Source: Mustelus asterias (taxonomy: Eukaryota). From it: a stretch of DNA of 64,000 bases. The position numbers and the translations under genes are program-made. Of this stretch, positions 25,895 to 38,760 are shown one piece after another. How positions within the stretch are numbered: the stretch's first letter is position 1; the number at the start of each line of letters is the position of its first letter. Below the pieces are notes generated by a model. That model was not told where the DNA came from. It searched no databases and saw nothing but the letters and a program-made list of their open reading frames with translations. Location of the stretch: the NCBI RefSeq assembly GCF_964213995.1, contig NC_135801.1:116374001-116438000 (forward strand), given 5' to 3'.

Positions 25895-28800
25895 GAAAAG
25901 AAAAGTATTTGTTGATGTACAAGGAGGGAGCAAGGACAAAATGTGGGGAGAAAGTGCCAACTACATCAAAAATCAGGAAAAAAGTTAAAAGGAAGGAGAA
26001 CTCGGGAGATGTTATTAATGGCAGTGTTAGAATTCAAAAAGAAGGTACAAAAACTAGCATAAGGGCACTTTATCTGAATGCTCGTAGCATTGGAAACAAG
26101 GTAAATGAGTTGACAGCACAAATCACTGCGAACGAGTATGATTTGGTGACCATTACAGAGACATTGTTGCAGGATGGTCACGACTGGGAATTGAATATTC
26201 AGGGGTATCAGACTGTTCGGAGAGACCGACAGGAAGGTAAGGGAGGTGGTGTAGCTCTGATATTTAAGGATGACATCAGGGCGGTAGTGAGAAATGATAT
26301 AGGTTCTATGGAAAAAAAGGTTGCATCCATTTGGGTGGAAATTAGAAATAGTAAGGAGAAAAAGTCACTGACAGGCGTAGTCTATAGGCCACCAAATAAT
26401 GACATCATGGTGGGGCGAGAAATAAACAAAGAAATAACTGATGCATGTAAAAATGTTATAGCAATTATCATGGGGGATTTTAATCTACATATAATTGGCC
26501 AAACCAGGTCGGTCAAGGCAGCCTTGAGGAGGAGTTCATAGAATGTATCTGCAATAGCTTCCTTGAACAGTATGTAATGGAACCGACAAGGGAGCAAGCT
26601 ATCCTAGATCTGGTCCTGTGTAATGAGACAGGAATAATTAATGATCTTACAGTTAGGGATCCTCTTGGAAGAAATGATCACAGTATGGTTGAATTTAAAA
26701 TACAGGTGGAGCATGAGAAGGTAAAATCCAATACCAGTGTCTTGTGTTTAAACAAAGGAGACTACAAAGGGATGAGGGAGGAGTTGGCTAAGGTAGACAG
26801 GGAGCAAAACCTTTATGGTGGGACAATTGAGGAACAGTGGAGGACTTTCAAAGCGATCTTTCACAGCACTCAGCAAAAGTATATACCAGTGATAAGGAAG
26901 GACTGTAGAAAAAGAGATGATCAGCCATGGATATCGAAGGAAATAAAGGAAGGTATCAAATTGAAAGAAAATGCATACAAAGTGGCAAAGATTAGTGGGA
27001 ACCGAGAGGATTGGGAAATCTTTAAAGGTCAGCAGAAAGCCACGAAAAAAGCTATAAAGAAAAGTAAGATGGATTATGAGAGTAAACTAGCTCAGAATAT
27101 AAAAACAGATAGCAAAGGTTTTTACAAATGTATAAAACGAAAAAGAGTGGCTAAAGTAAACATTGGTCCTTTAGAGGATGAGAAGGGGGATGTAATAACT
27201 GGAAATGAGAAAATGACTGAGGCATTGAACAGGTATTTTGTGTCGGTCTTCACAGTGGAAGACACAAATAGCATGCCAAAAATTGATGACAGGAAGGCTA
27301 TGGCAGGTGAGGACCTAGAAACTATCATTATCACAAAAGTGGTAGTGTTGAGCAAGTTAATGGGGCTAAAGGCAGACAAGTCTCCTGGTTCTGATGGAAT
27401 GCATCCCAGAATACTAAAAGAGATGGCATTAGAAATAGCAAATGCACTCGTGGTAATTTACCAAAATTCGTTGGACTCTAGGGCGGTTCCCACAGATTGG
27501 AAAACAGCAAATGTGATGCCACTGTTTTAAAAAAAGGAGGTAGACAAAAGGCAGGTAACTATAGGCCAGTTAGTTTAACTTCTGTAATAGGGAAAATGCT
27601 TGAATCTATCATCAAGGAAGAAATAGCGAGACATCTGGAAATAAATTGTCCCATTGGTAAGACGCAGCATGGGTTCATGAAGGGATGGTCATGTTTGACT
27701 AATTTGGTGGAATTCTTTGAGAACATTACATGTGCAGTGGACAATGGGGAACCTGTGGATGTGGTGTATCTGGATTTCCAGAAGGCATTTGACAAGTTGC
27801 TGCACCAAAGACTGCTACATAAGATAAAGGTGCAAGGTGTTACAGATAATGTATTAGCATGGATAGAGGATTGGTTAACTAACAGAAAGCAAAGAGTGGG
27901 GGTAAATGGGTGTTTTTCTGGTTGGCGATCAGTGACTAGTGGTGTGCCTCAGGGATCAGTGTTGGGACCGCAATTGTTTACAATTTACATCGATGATTTG
28001 GAGTTGGGGACCAAGTGTAGTGTGTCAAAATTCGCAGATGACACTAAGATGGGTGGAAGAGCAAAGTGTGCAGAGGACGCTGAAAGTCTGCAAAGGGATA
28101 TAGATAGTCTAAGTGAGTGGGCGAGGGTCTGGCAGATGAAGTACAATGTTGGTAAACGTAAAATGGACTATTATTTAAATGGTAAAACATTGCAGCATGC
28201 TGCTATGCAGAGGGACCTGGGTATCCTTGTGCAGGAATCTCAAGGAGTTGATTTGCAGGTGCAGCAGATAATTAAGAAGGCAAATGGAATTTTGTCCTTC
28301 ATTGCTAGAGGGATGGAGTTTAAAAACAGCAAGATTATGTTGCAGCTGTATAAGGTGCTGGTGAGGCCACACCTGGAGTACTGTGTACAGTTTTGATCTC
28401 CTTACTTGAGAAAGGATATGCTGGCACTGGAGGGGGTGCAGAGGAGATTCACTAGGTTGATTCTGGAGTTGAGAGGGTTGGCTTGTGAGGAGAGACTGAG
28501 TAGACTGGGGCTATACTCATTGGAATTCAGAAGAATGAGGGGAAATCTTATAGAAACATATTATGAAAGGAATAGATAAGATAGAAGCAGGGAAGTTGTT
28601 TCCACTGGCGGGTGAAACTAGAACTAGGGGGCATAACCTCAAAATAAGGGGAAGCAGGTTTAGGACTGAGTTGAAGAGGAACGTTTTCACACACAAAGGG
28701 TTGTGAATCTGTGGAATTCCCTGCCCAGTGAAGCAGTTGAGGCTACCTCATTGAATGTTTTTAAGGCAAGGATAGATAAATTTTTGAACAGTAAAGAAAT

Positions 28801-28926
28801 TAAGGGTTATGGTGAGCGAGCGGGTAAGTGGAGCTGAGTCCACAAAAAGATCAGCCATGATCTTATTGAATGGCGGAGCAGGCTCGAGGGGCCAGATGGC
28901 CTCCTGCTTCTAGTTCTTATGTTCTA
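25895..28926 (+). mobile_element. CR1 LINE with near-complete but disrupted ORF2 (APE endonuclease + RT)
   Basis: LYLNARSI, ITET, GGGVAL, VYRPP, MGDFN, DHSMV; NYRPVSLTS, YLDFQKAFDK, GVPQGSVLGP, KFADDTK; frameshifts near 26490 and 27530, stop at 28394; (ttcttatg)-type tail. Confidence 0.96.
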
Positions 28927-29449
28927 ATTGATTCAATCCAAAATAGTATAAACAGTGTGTAAAAGTTGGAAATGTGGTGAGAATTAAACTCTCCAGTAAG
29001 TTGTGGGGGAGTCTCAAACTAAATTTAGTTTAATTTTTTTGAATTTAACTTGGAACTTTAAAAACGGTAAAAGGAACTTTAAGTTAGTCCACACTTCTCA
29101 GAAATTGGCTGTTGGCAGCAGTTAATAGTCAATCGGTAAGTGATGACCTTAATTACTGTGAGCAGGATGTTGAGTGAGTGTTAGTAGTTTGAATGTGTCT
29201 GGAGATGTATAAAAATGAACAGTTTTTGTTGAGGTGCAGAGTCGTCGTCATAAACAATGTAAAAGTTGGGAATTTGGTGAAAGTGGGATTTCAGTGCAGG
29301 GGAAGGAGGCTCTGCTTTTTCCTTGGGATTAGTGTTACAGGTAAATATTTATTGCCATTTACCTATAACTTGGATCAGTTCATTATTTTAAAACATGAGC
29401 TAACTTGATTACTTACGTGAACTTCAGTAAATAAAGTAAGGCTATATTG

Positions 29450-32050
29450 GGATGGCTGGGCCAAAGCTAGGGTAGGTGGTGTGTCACAGCTACACCAGGT
29501 GGGTGCTTGTGGAGTGCATTGCAATCCCAGAGAAACACACCTACAGTGTCTTCATCTGGAGGAGATTATGCCCAAGAGTTGTTGAGCTGCAGTCAGAGGT
29601 TAAAACTTTGCCGGGCATCAGAGTTACCTAGACACAACACCTTAAGGAAGAAATCGGTATGGTCTGGTTAATGATTTTGGTGCTAACAAGACCAGCATTT
29701 GTTGCCCACCCCTAATTGCCCTTGAGGAGGTGTTGGTGAGCTGCTGCCTTGAAGTACTGCAGTCCATCTGGTGTACGTACGTCCCACTGCTGTTAGGATC
29801 ATGGACAAGGTAGTATAAGTCAGACACATGGGAGCATTGCTGAAGGAGCCTCAGCCTTTGTCTTTATCCAAGAATTACAAGGTTCTTGCGAAAAATTGGA
29901 TAAAGGATTGCAGGATGGATGAACAAACTGACCATGGAGAATGAAAAACATGTAATGATGAAGGCCAGTATAGATAGGGGGATAGATACCATTGTCTGCA
30001 GAGTCAGGAGTTTCAACAATTGTGTTGCCTGCATAGTGCCAGGATAAGGACAGTTCCTCACAGCTGGAGAAAAACTTGGATGGAAATGATTCAGTTGCTG
30101 TGATCCATATAGGAACCAGTGGCACAAGTAGAATGAGGTATGAGGTTCCTCTGAAGGAGTTTGCGGAACTAGGGCCCAAATTAATGAGCAGATTATTGCT
30201 GAAAAAAGAGACTTGCTGCCGAAGATTTTCATTGTGCATTCATTCGGACACCGGCAAGAATGCCAAATTTCAAAGGGAACAACAATTTTTACTACATGAG
30301 AAAAGGGGTGCTGTCTGGTTGGCAAGCCGGCTTTGATTGGTTGAAACGTTGTTGTGGTGAATGTACCAGAGAGGTATTGTTCGCCTTGCTTTTTATTCAA
30401 AAAAGGTGCAGCGTCTGGATGTATTCCTTTTGCCTGCAGAGGACAGAGTCCCTGCATATGAATATACATATATAGCTTCTAGCAAGCATTAATGAGCTAT
30501 TGAGCCCAACTGATAATCTTAAATTGGTTGTTAGTGTATTTCTAGCACACTCAGATTTATTCAGCAAATGCTGCCCAATTGTAGAACCACATCCACATTA
30601 GATGTTATGTTCAGAGTTTTGCAAGTATGGGTTGGTTGATTACAGTCAGTACTCTTCCTATTGCAAACTGCTGAAGGAACGTGCTGTTTGATACGATCCG
30701 CTCACCATTGAGATGTACAGCCTACATACCAGGTATCGCCGGCACTAAAATTAATATGCCACATTACTTACTTGTGGAGTAGGTAGAACACCTTTTTGAC
30801 TTGATGGCAGCATCCTATTAGTGGAAAACACCTAATGTGTTGCCTCTACATTGTAGCGGCTAGCTTCAACTGTTGCTCAAATTTCTGAGATACTGTACCT
30901 GTCCAAGGTAATTTGAGGTAGACTGGGACTTTTCAAGACCGAAGGTGGCAACTTTAGGCCCATTCGTGAGTGTGCATGTTGAGGGACAAAAGCCATGAGG
31001 AGTCCAAAGTGAAGTGAAGTTAGGAAGTCTTTATAACAGGCATAATGGAGGAAAATGCCCTCAATGAACAGAAGATTCTAACATTCTAGTTACAGCCGTT
31101 TCATATAAACAACAGTTTTAGGAGCCGGTGCCTCTTGTTTTATCACCTTTGGGTCTTTTGTGGTATCACATTTGTGTCATTTCTCCCAGCTAACACATTT
31201 GTGTTTCTTTGAATACCCTGATTTGGTCTCTCTGAATAATCACATTTGTCTCAATATTCCCGATTTAACACACTTGTGTCTCTTTGTCTAGCCACATTTG
31301 TGTCTTGTTACTTGATCACATCCAGGAGAGGAAAATAACTTCATTCTGAACTCTAGTAACACTTCCCACAGCACCTGTTACACAGTGAGGAATGATCAGG
31401 TTATTATCCTGCAGGATAGCTTTCTGTGCCCTATTTGTGCGTCAAGCCAACAAGATGAAGTCTAACAATAATCTCTAATGTTAGATGCAATTCCACGATT
31501 GGGCAGCATTCGCTGAACAATCCCGAGTGTGCTAGAATTACACTAACAATCAACTTACGATTATCAGTCGGGCTCGCACTGTAGCTTATTAGAAGCTACA
31601 TATATTCATACACGGGGACCTGTGTATGAATATATGTAGGAAAAAGGAATATGTCCAAACATTGCATCATCTTGGAAGAAACTGAAGATGGGGTGAAATA
31701 GCTCCTTATGCATTTGCCATGGCAATGCCTTGAACCATAAGAGCCGATTTGCCAACCAATTCACATAGCTTTTCTCATCAAGTACAAATTGTTGTTTCCT
31801 TTGAAATGTGGCATTCTTACGTCTGTCCTGATGAACGCAAGAGAAAAAGCTTTGAGACCATGTCTCGTTTTTCAGCAATGCTCAGGTTCTGCACTACTAA
31901 CTGACTATTAATAAGAAGATTCTCTGGATTACTACCTGAGCCCCACAAAAATTGGAATAGGGTCAGACAGATCAGAGTTGAAGGTGTAAATGAAAAAAGT
32001 GGCTTGGGGGACAGGAGTTTCGATTCATGGGGCATTGACACCAGAGGAGA
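29450..32050 (+). mobile_element. Decayed CR1 ORF1 (zinc finger/coiled coil + SGNH esterase), split by a Penelope-like insertion at about 30195-31910
   Basis: VAVIHIGTS...EFAELGPKLMSR at 30094-30190 resumes as SGLLPEP...FRFMGH after 31920; CCL.SARIRT remnant near 30020. Confidence 0.72.
30195..31910 (-). mobile_element. Penelope-like element (family C) with inverted 3' repeat (about 30195-30600 vs 31475-31880) and GIY-YIG remnant
   Basis: About 400-bp diverged inverted arms; minus strand 30680-30950 reads PVYLKLPW...SNVAY...YVGCTSQ...DRIKQHVP. Confidence 0.8.
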
Positions 32051-32271
32051 GATTTTATTCTTCCCTCAGTCTAAGATGTGTATGTGGAGAAATGGAGTTG
32101 GTGGATGAAGAGGAAATAACCAAAGGGGCTTTTTTTATATTATAAAACCAAATTATAAAAATCATATTTTGAAATATAGAGAATAGTTTTGCCGGTATTT
32201 GGTGAAACACTTGGATTGCAACTTGTGCAAATATCTTTTGACTGTTAATTCTGCCATTTCTTTTTTTAAAG

Positions 32272-32424
32272 GTGATGTGGCATTCCATGCAGGATGAGTT
32301 CATTCGTCAGTACAAGCACTTTGAGGGTCTGATAGCTCGCTGTTATCCTGGCTCTGGAATTACTATGGAGTTCACTATTCAGGACATTCTTGAGTATTTC
32401 TCTAGTATTGCTCAATCTCACTGA
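32272..32424 (+). CDS. EXOC1: EXOC1 last coding exon with TGA stop
   Basis: tttaaag|GTGATGTGG...CACTGA; [50 protein letters not shown], the conserved EXOC1 C-terminus. Confidence 0.97.
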   Translation: MMWHSMQDEFIRQYKHFEGLIARCYPGSGITMEFTIQDILEYFSSIAQSH

Positions 32425-33496
32425 AAAATAACAAGGGATAAGGCACCATTTTAGATGTGCCCTGTGCAATCTCTACAAAATGTTTGTTGCTAAATCCTGT
32501 AAAAGCTCCTCATGGCAGGAATTGACATTTAATGCTAGCTTAATGTTATTTGTATATAAAAAAATAGATACTCACCTAAGCAGTCCAAAGCTGAAAAGCA
32601 GTTAGTTCTTCTGAATCTGCCTTTTAACTAACTTAAATGTACACCTAACAGTATGTTCAATTAAGGATGTAAATGCATGAAACTAACTTGTTACTTCATA
32701 TGACGGAAAAATTTCAAATTGAAAAAGTTTAGATGCAACATACTAGCAAAGCTATAGATTGATAGTATTCTTTTCTTTTGGCTGTAATATCTAGCATCTT
32801 GGTATTAAATATGTAATAATTTCTGAACTATGGGAGATCTATGTCCGTCGAGGTTTGTTTTGTGATAAACTTTTATGGAAAAGTTCATAGATGTTGAAAA
32901 ATTACTGAGCCTTATGGTGTTTCTAAAGGAAGTCTGTTTTTAAAAAAGGAAATCATGTCTTCTAAAAATCCATAACTTGACCATCTCTTCCAGTGAAAAT
33001 GGTTACCATATTCCAGAATAATACAAAATTCTCTGCTGATTTTATATTTACCGCTTAAAAATATAAAGTTTACTATTAATTCAGAATTGCTTCATTCAAA
33101 TTATCACAAAATTAACTTGAATATTTGAACTAAATTCTTTCTTTGTTAGGAATTTTCATTGATTAATTCAAATTTTTGGATGATTCAATTTTTCTTGTAT
33201 GAAAACTATTTTAAATTATCGGTAAACTGTAAACAGAACCAAGATTTTTAAAGTTGCTTTCATATCCATCTTGTTTATTGAGTCAGTCAAAAACTGTAAC
33301 ACTCAACCCTTCCATAGACTAAAAATTACTGTTCTACTTTTTGGTTTAATAATACTTTAATGCTTTCAAAGGTTGCAGTCATTACTAAGACCAGATAATG
33401 GGCATCAAGAGACAAATTGAAGATTCATGAAAAATTGTGTTGCTTCAGATAATGAATGTCACTTGTAATCAGGTGAAGCACATTATTTCCCTTCCT

Positions 33497-34079
33497 GAAT
33501 CATAGAACCACAGAATCCCTCCTACAGTGCCAGAAAGAGGCCATCCAGCCCATCAAAACTGGACCAAAACTCCAAAAGAACATCCCACCCAGACCCCCCC
33601 CCCCCCCCCCGCTCTATCCTCGTAACCCTGCGCAGTTACCATGGCTGATCCGCCTTGCATACAGACCTTTGGACCATGGGAGGAAACTGGAGCACCCGGA
33701 GGAAACCCATGCAGACAAGGGGAGAACGTGCAAACTCCACACAGTAACCCAAGGCCAGAAACAAGCCCGGGTCCCTGTGCTGTGAGTCAGCAATGCTAAC
33801 CACTGTGTTACACAGTGACTAGCACTGCTGCCTCTCAGGACCAGGGACCCGGGTTTTTTTCCAGCTATGGGTGACTGTGTATAGTTTGCACATTCTCCCC
33901 TTGCCTGTATGGGTTTCCTCCGGGTGCTCTGGTTTTCTCCCATGGTCCAAAGATGTGTAGGTTAAGTGGATTAGCCTTGGTAAATGCTTGGGGTTACAGG
34001 GATAAGGCAGAGGGGTCTGTGCATCAGTACAGACTCGATGGGCCAAATGGCCTCTTTCTGCACTGTAGGGATTCTATGA
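33497..34079. mobile_element. Head-to-head pair of tail-A V-SINEs in the putative EXOC1 3' UTR
   Basis: 33497-33807 (-) and 33811-34079 (+) joined at cactgtg-tta-cacagtg. Confidence 0.9.
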
Positions 34080-34380
34080 ATCAACTTTCATAATAGGTAT
34101 TGTTTTTCTTTGCTGTCCATTGTCCTGACCTGGAAGATTATATGGAATTACAAAACAGATGGATAATTAATTGTGTGTGAGACAGCTAATAGTTAGTTTG
34201 ATTTTTCAATGAAAGCAATTAATTAAAATACAAGATAATGCCATTAATTACAGTCAAGACATTTTCACAAAGTCTGTCTTGAGTTAAACCAAGCTGTAAG
34301 TTCATTTTAAGAGTTTTGCTCCCAATTTAATTTCTTTGGGTCAATCATGTTGAAAACTTTGCCCTCATTACAACATTACT

Positions 34381-34573
34381 TCCAAAGATGTGCAGGTTAG
34401 GTGCACTGGCCATGCTAAATTGCCTCTTCGTGTCTCGGGATGCGTAAGTTAGAGGGATAAGTGGGGTAATATGTGGGATTATGGGGATAAGGCCTGGGTG
34501 GGATTGTTGTAGGTGTAGACTTGATGGGCCAAATGGCCTCCTCCTGCACTGTAGAGTTTCAATGGTTTCTATT
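34381..34573 (+). mobile_element. 5'-truncated V-SINE, tail A
   Basis: tccaaagatgtgcaggttagg ... gcactgtagagtttc. Confidence 0.85.
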
Positions 34574-36085
34574 ATTTCACTTAACGGAAAGCATGTTGTT
34601 TCATTCAGCATAATGTAAAAACTCATGCCAATTAACTTTTTATTCAAGTGAATGAGGAAAAAGGGATATTAACATACACCAGTTCAGAGAACGAAAATTG
34701 TGCATATAGAACACCAAAGGCAAATCAAAGCAAGATTTTGTGAAGTACTTTACTCTTCCCAAGAAACATCCTTGTTGAAATATTTAATTAGAAATACATA
34801 AACATAGATCTGGGAATACTTACGGAAATTCTTCTTCAATAAATACAATCCACATAAAGTAATTTTAGAATACAGAATGAAATCTAGAATAGCAGAGAAT
34901 TAAGGCATAACATTCCCTCAGAGTTCCCAGTAACTTGATTAGAACAAGATATTTATTTTACAATACAGTGCAAACCACTCTAGAAAATCAAAATTATTTA
35001 ACACTAAAAATGATAGCCGGCAAGTTCCCTAACTTTGATTTTCATATTCCCAAAATATAAATATAATGAAGATACTCACTTTGACCGGTATTTATCTAAC
35101 ATTTAGATTATTTTGTGGTGTATGTGGTAGTATGTGCATTAACTCTTTATAAACACTAATCATGGCTGTACAAAATTTACTGAAAGGAATGTTCTTGTGC
35201 ATTATTGTGAAAATAGAGGGAATTAGGCTTTAAAATACCTACAGATATTAATTATAGGAGTGCATAATTTGATAAAATTGCACTAAGGGTGTTCCTTATA
35301 ATAAACTGACTGAAATTATGATTCTTGTCGCAGGTAAAACTCAGTATTTCAGTATAATTGAGCCACTCCCTTTCGAATGCAGAATTATGACAAACTTCTC
35401 TCCTAAAATCTTAATTCCTAAATTATGGAATTTCATTTCAGTATCATAATGTGTCTTTGGAGGGTCTAACAGCCGACAGGGAAATATTTCAGTACAGGAT
35501 AGGAATGAATCCTGATGAAGTTGAGAGAGATTTTTGATTACAGTAACTTAAATGACTTGATATGCATTTTGTATGCAGGTGTGGCACCTTTGTTTCACAT
35601 GCATTTGAATGGGATTGCATGGTTATTACGTGTTAGTAAAGATGATTTATCTATTTAAATTAACTCCTATCTGCTTGATGTATTGACACCAAATTCCTTT
35701 CTGAAAATCTCCGCGTTTACTTGCATTATGACGCTTGATATAATAAAGCTTATTAACATTGAAAGGAATATCAGAATATTTACATTTGCCAAGGTGTGTA
35801 CTGTTCTGTCACTTCGAGCACCTACTGATAATGTTGAGGATGCTTAAAAGCATTAAACACATTTCACATTTTGCCTTCAATATTGCTCTAGAAAATTATT
35901 GTTGGTGCAGAATCCTTCTTTGAGCTCTAGAGATTTTTGTTAACTTATTTCTAATTTGGATCTTGTTAATGTTTACAACAGGAATCTGTCAATTTGCTTT
36001 GTAATCAGTAACATTCTATGAAGAAGCTGATTGTGATGATGGCCTCATAACAAATGTATCACTGCATTTAAAACACTATCAATTA

Positions 36086-36130
36086 AATAAAGTAAACTTC
36101 CTACTTGTGTTATCTTTGTGATTTATTCCA
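36086..36130 (+). terminator. Candidate distal EXOC1 polyadenylation signal (3' UTR about 3.7 kb)
   Basis: AATAAA at 36086-36091 followed by a U/GU-rich tract (cttgtgttatctttgtgatttatt); repeat density rises sharply just after. Other AATAAA hexamers lie upstream (e.g. 35742). Confidence 0.5.
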
Positions 36131-36229
36131 TAGTTCTTAATACACCTGTGCACAAGAGACACATATTTCAATTGAAAATTCTTTGAATTTGATTTATTAT
36201 TGTCACGTGCATCTGTTCTTTCAATTTTG

Positions 36230-36540
36230 CGGGCGGCACAGTAGCACAGTGGTTAGCACTGCTGCCTCACAGCGCCAGGGACACAGGTTCAAATCCAGCC
36301 CTGGTCACTGTCTGCACTTTCTTCCCGTTTCTGTTTGGGTTTCCTCCGGGTGCTTGGTTTCCTCCCACAGTCCAAAGATGTGCAGGTTAGGTGGATTGGC
36401 CGTGATAAATTGACCATTAGTGTCAGGGGGATTAGCAGGGTAAATGTGTGGGGTTATGGGAATAGGGACTGGGCGGGATTGTTGTTGGTACAGACTCGAT
36501 GGGCTGAATGGCCTCCTTCTGTACTGTAGGGATTCTATGA
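36230..36540 (+). mobile_element. V-SINE, tail A
   Basis: Full head through attctatga tail. Confidence 0.88.
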
Positions 36541-36762
36541 CCAAAAGAGAAAATGCTGGAAAATCTCAGCAGGTCTGGCAGCATCTGTAAGGAGAGAAAA
36601 GAGCTGACGTTTCGAGTCCAGATGACCCTTTGTCAAAGCTCATCTGGACTCTAAACGTCAGTTCTTTTCCCTCCTTACAGATGATGCAAGACTTGCTGAG
36701 ATTTTCCAGCATTTTCTCTTTTGGTTTCGGGTTCCAGCATCTGCAATAATTTGCTTTTATCC
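36541..36762. mobile_element. Palindromic Penelope-like terminal fragment (family B)
   Basis: About 85-bp inverted arms aaaagagaaaatgctggaaaatctcagc... / ...gctgagattttccagcattttctctttt; same terminus as 47262-47418. Confidence 0.8.
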
Positions 36763-36774
36763 TATGATTCTATA

Positions 36775-38340
36775 ACATGTATTAGTATACAATGAAATGT
36801 ATTGTTGCTTGCGCAGTATACAGACAAAGCATACTGTACACAGAGGAGAGAGTGCAGAATGTAGTATTACAGTCATAGCTAGGGTGTAGAGAAAGATCAA
36901 CTTAGTATAAGGTAGGTCCATTCAAAAGTCTGATGGCAGCAGGGAAGAAGCTGTTCTTGAGTCGGTTGGTATGTGTCCTCAGACTTTTTGAATCTTTTCC
37001 CCGGTGGAAGAGAGTATGTCCGGGGTGCGTGGGGCCCTTGATAATGCTGGCTGTTTTTCTGAGGCAGTGGGAAGTGTAAACAGTGTCAATGGATGGGAGG
37101 CTGGTTTGTGTGATGGACTGGGCTTCATTCATGACCCTTTGTAATTTCTTGCAGTCTTAGAGCAGAAGCCATACCAAGCTGTGATACAATCAGAAAAAAT
37201 GCTTTCTGTGGTGCATCAGTAAAAATTGGTGAAAGTTGTTGCGGACATGCTAAATTTTCTTAACCTCCTGAGAAAGCATAGGCGTCGATGGTCTTTCTTA
37301 ACTATAGCGTTGGCATGGAGGGACCAAGACAGGTTTTTCATTTGATTTATTATCATGTGTGAAAAGTATTGTTTCTTACGTGCTTTACAGACAAAGCATA
37401 GTATAAATAGGGAAGGAAAGGAGTGCAGGATGTAGTGTTACAGTCATAGCCAGGGTGTAGAGAAAGATCAACTTAATTCAAGGTAGGTCCATTCAAAGGC
37501 CTGGTAGCAGCAGGGAAGAAGCTGTTTTTGAATCAGTTAGTATATGACCTCAGACGCTTGTATCTTTTACCTGACGGAAGAAGGTGGAATAGAGTATGTC
37601 TGGAGTGCGTGGGGTCCTTGATTATGCTGGCTGCTTTTCCGAGGCAGTGGGAAGTGTAGACAGCGTCAATGGGTGGGAGGCTGGTTTGAGTGATGGACTG
37701 GGCTTCATTCACAACCCTTTGTAGTTTCTTGTGGTCTTGGACAGAGCAGGAGCCATATCAAGCTGTGATATAGCCAGAAAGAATGCTTTCTATGTGCATC
37801 TGTAGAAGTTGGTGAGAGTTATAGCAGACATGCCAAGTTTCCTTAGTCTCTTGAGAAAGTAGAGGCTTTGGTGGGCTTTCTTAACCATAGCGTCTGCATG
37901 GGTGGGACCAGAACAGGTTGTTGGTGATCTGGACACCTAAAAACTTGAAGCTCTCGACCATTTCTACTTCATTCCTGTTGATGTAGACGGGCATGCCCTC
38001 CACTGCGCTTCCTGAAGTCTATGACTATCTCCTTCGTTTTGTTGACATTGAGGGAGAGATTATTGTTGCTGCACCAGTTCACCAGATTCTCTATCTCTTC
38101 TGTACTCTGTCTCTTCATTGTTTGAGATCCGATCCACTACAGTGGTGTCATCAGCAAACGTGAAAATCGAGTTGGAGAGGAATTTGGTCACACATAGTAA
38201 AGGGCTGAGAACATAGCCTTGTGGGGTACATGTGTTGAGGATGATCGTGGAGGTGGTGTTGTTGCCTATCCTTAGTTAATGTGGTCCGTGGGTGAGGAAG
38301 TCTAGGATCCAGATGCAGAGGGAGGAGCCAGTCCCCAGCA
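36775..38340 (-). mobile_element. Two tandem Rex1/Babar LINE 3' fragments (junction near 37335)
   Basis: Minus ORF ...TNRLKNSFFPAAIRLLN; reverse complement of 41560-42535. Confidence 0.85.
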
Positions 38341-38760
38341 TTGATTCCTGTGGTACACCATTCATTACATCTTGCCCACCAGAAAATGACCCATTATGCC
38401 GTCGGTCTTTTTCTGTCAGTGAACCAATCTTCCATCCATGCCAATATGTTACCCCCTATACCATGAGGTTTTCTGCACTAACCTTTGATGTGGTACCTTA
38501 TCAAATGCCTTCTGGAAATCTAAGTGTGTCACATCCACAGGTTCCCCTTTATCTACAGCACATGTTCCTCAAATAACTCCAATAAATTGGATAAGCACTA
38601 TTTCCTTTCACAAAAAATATGTTGATTCTGTTCGATTACCTTGAATTTATTGAAATCCAATGCCATTATGTCTTAATAATAACTTCAAACATTTTCCCTA
38701 TGATTGACGTTAAATGAACTGGTCTGTAGATTCATGTTTTCTGCCTCCTTTTTTGAATAA
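38340..38760 (-). mobile_element. Old CR1 RT fragment
   Basis: Reverse of DV..LDFQKAFDKVPH and GVPQ-type motifs (ggtaccttatcaaatgccttctggaaatc). Confidence 0.7.

Noticed and set aside
25543-28396. Nested protein-coding gene or active retrotransposon in the EXOC1 intron
   Set aside because: CR1 ORF2 with frameshifts and a premature stop; the 5' part of the 332-aa ORF reads through unrelated SINE/LINE sequence
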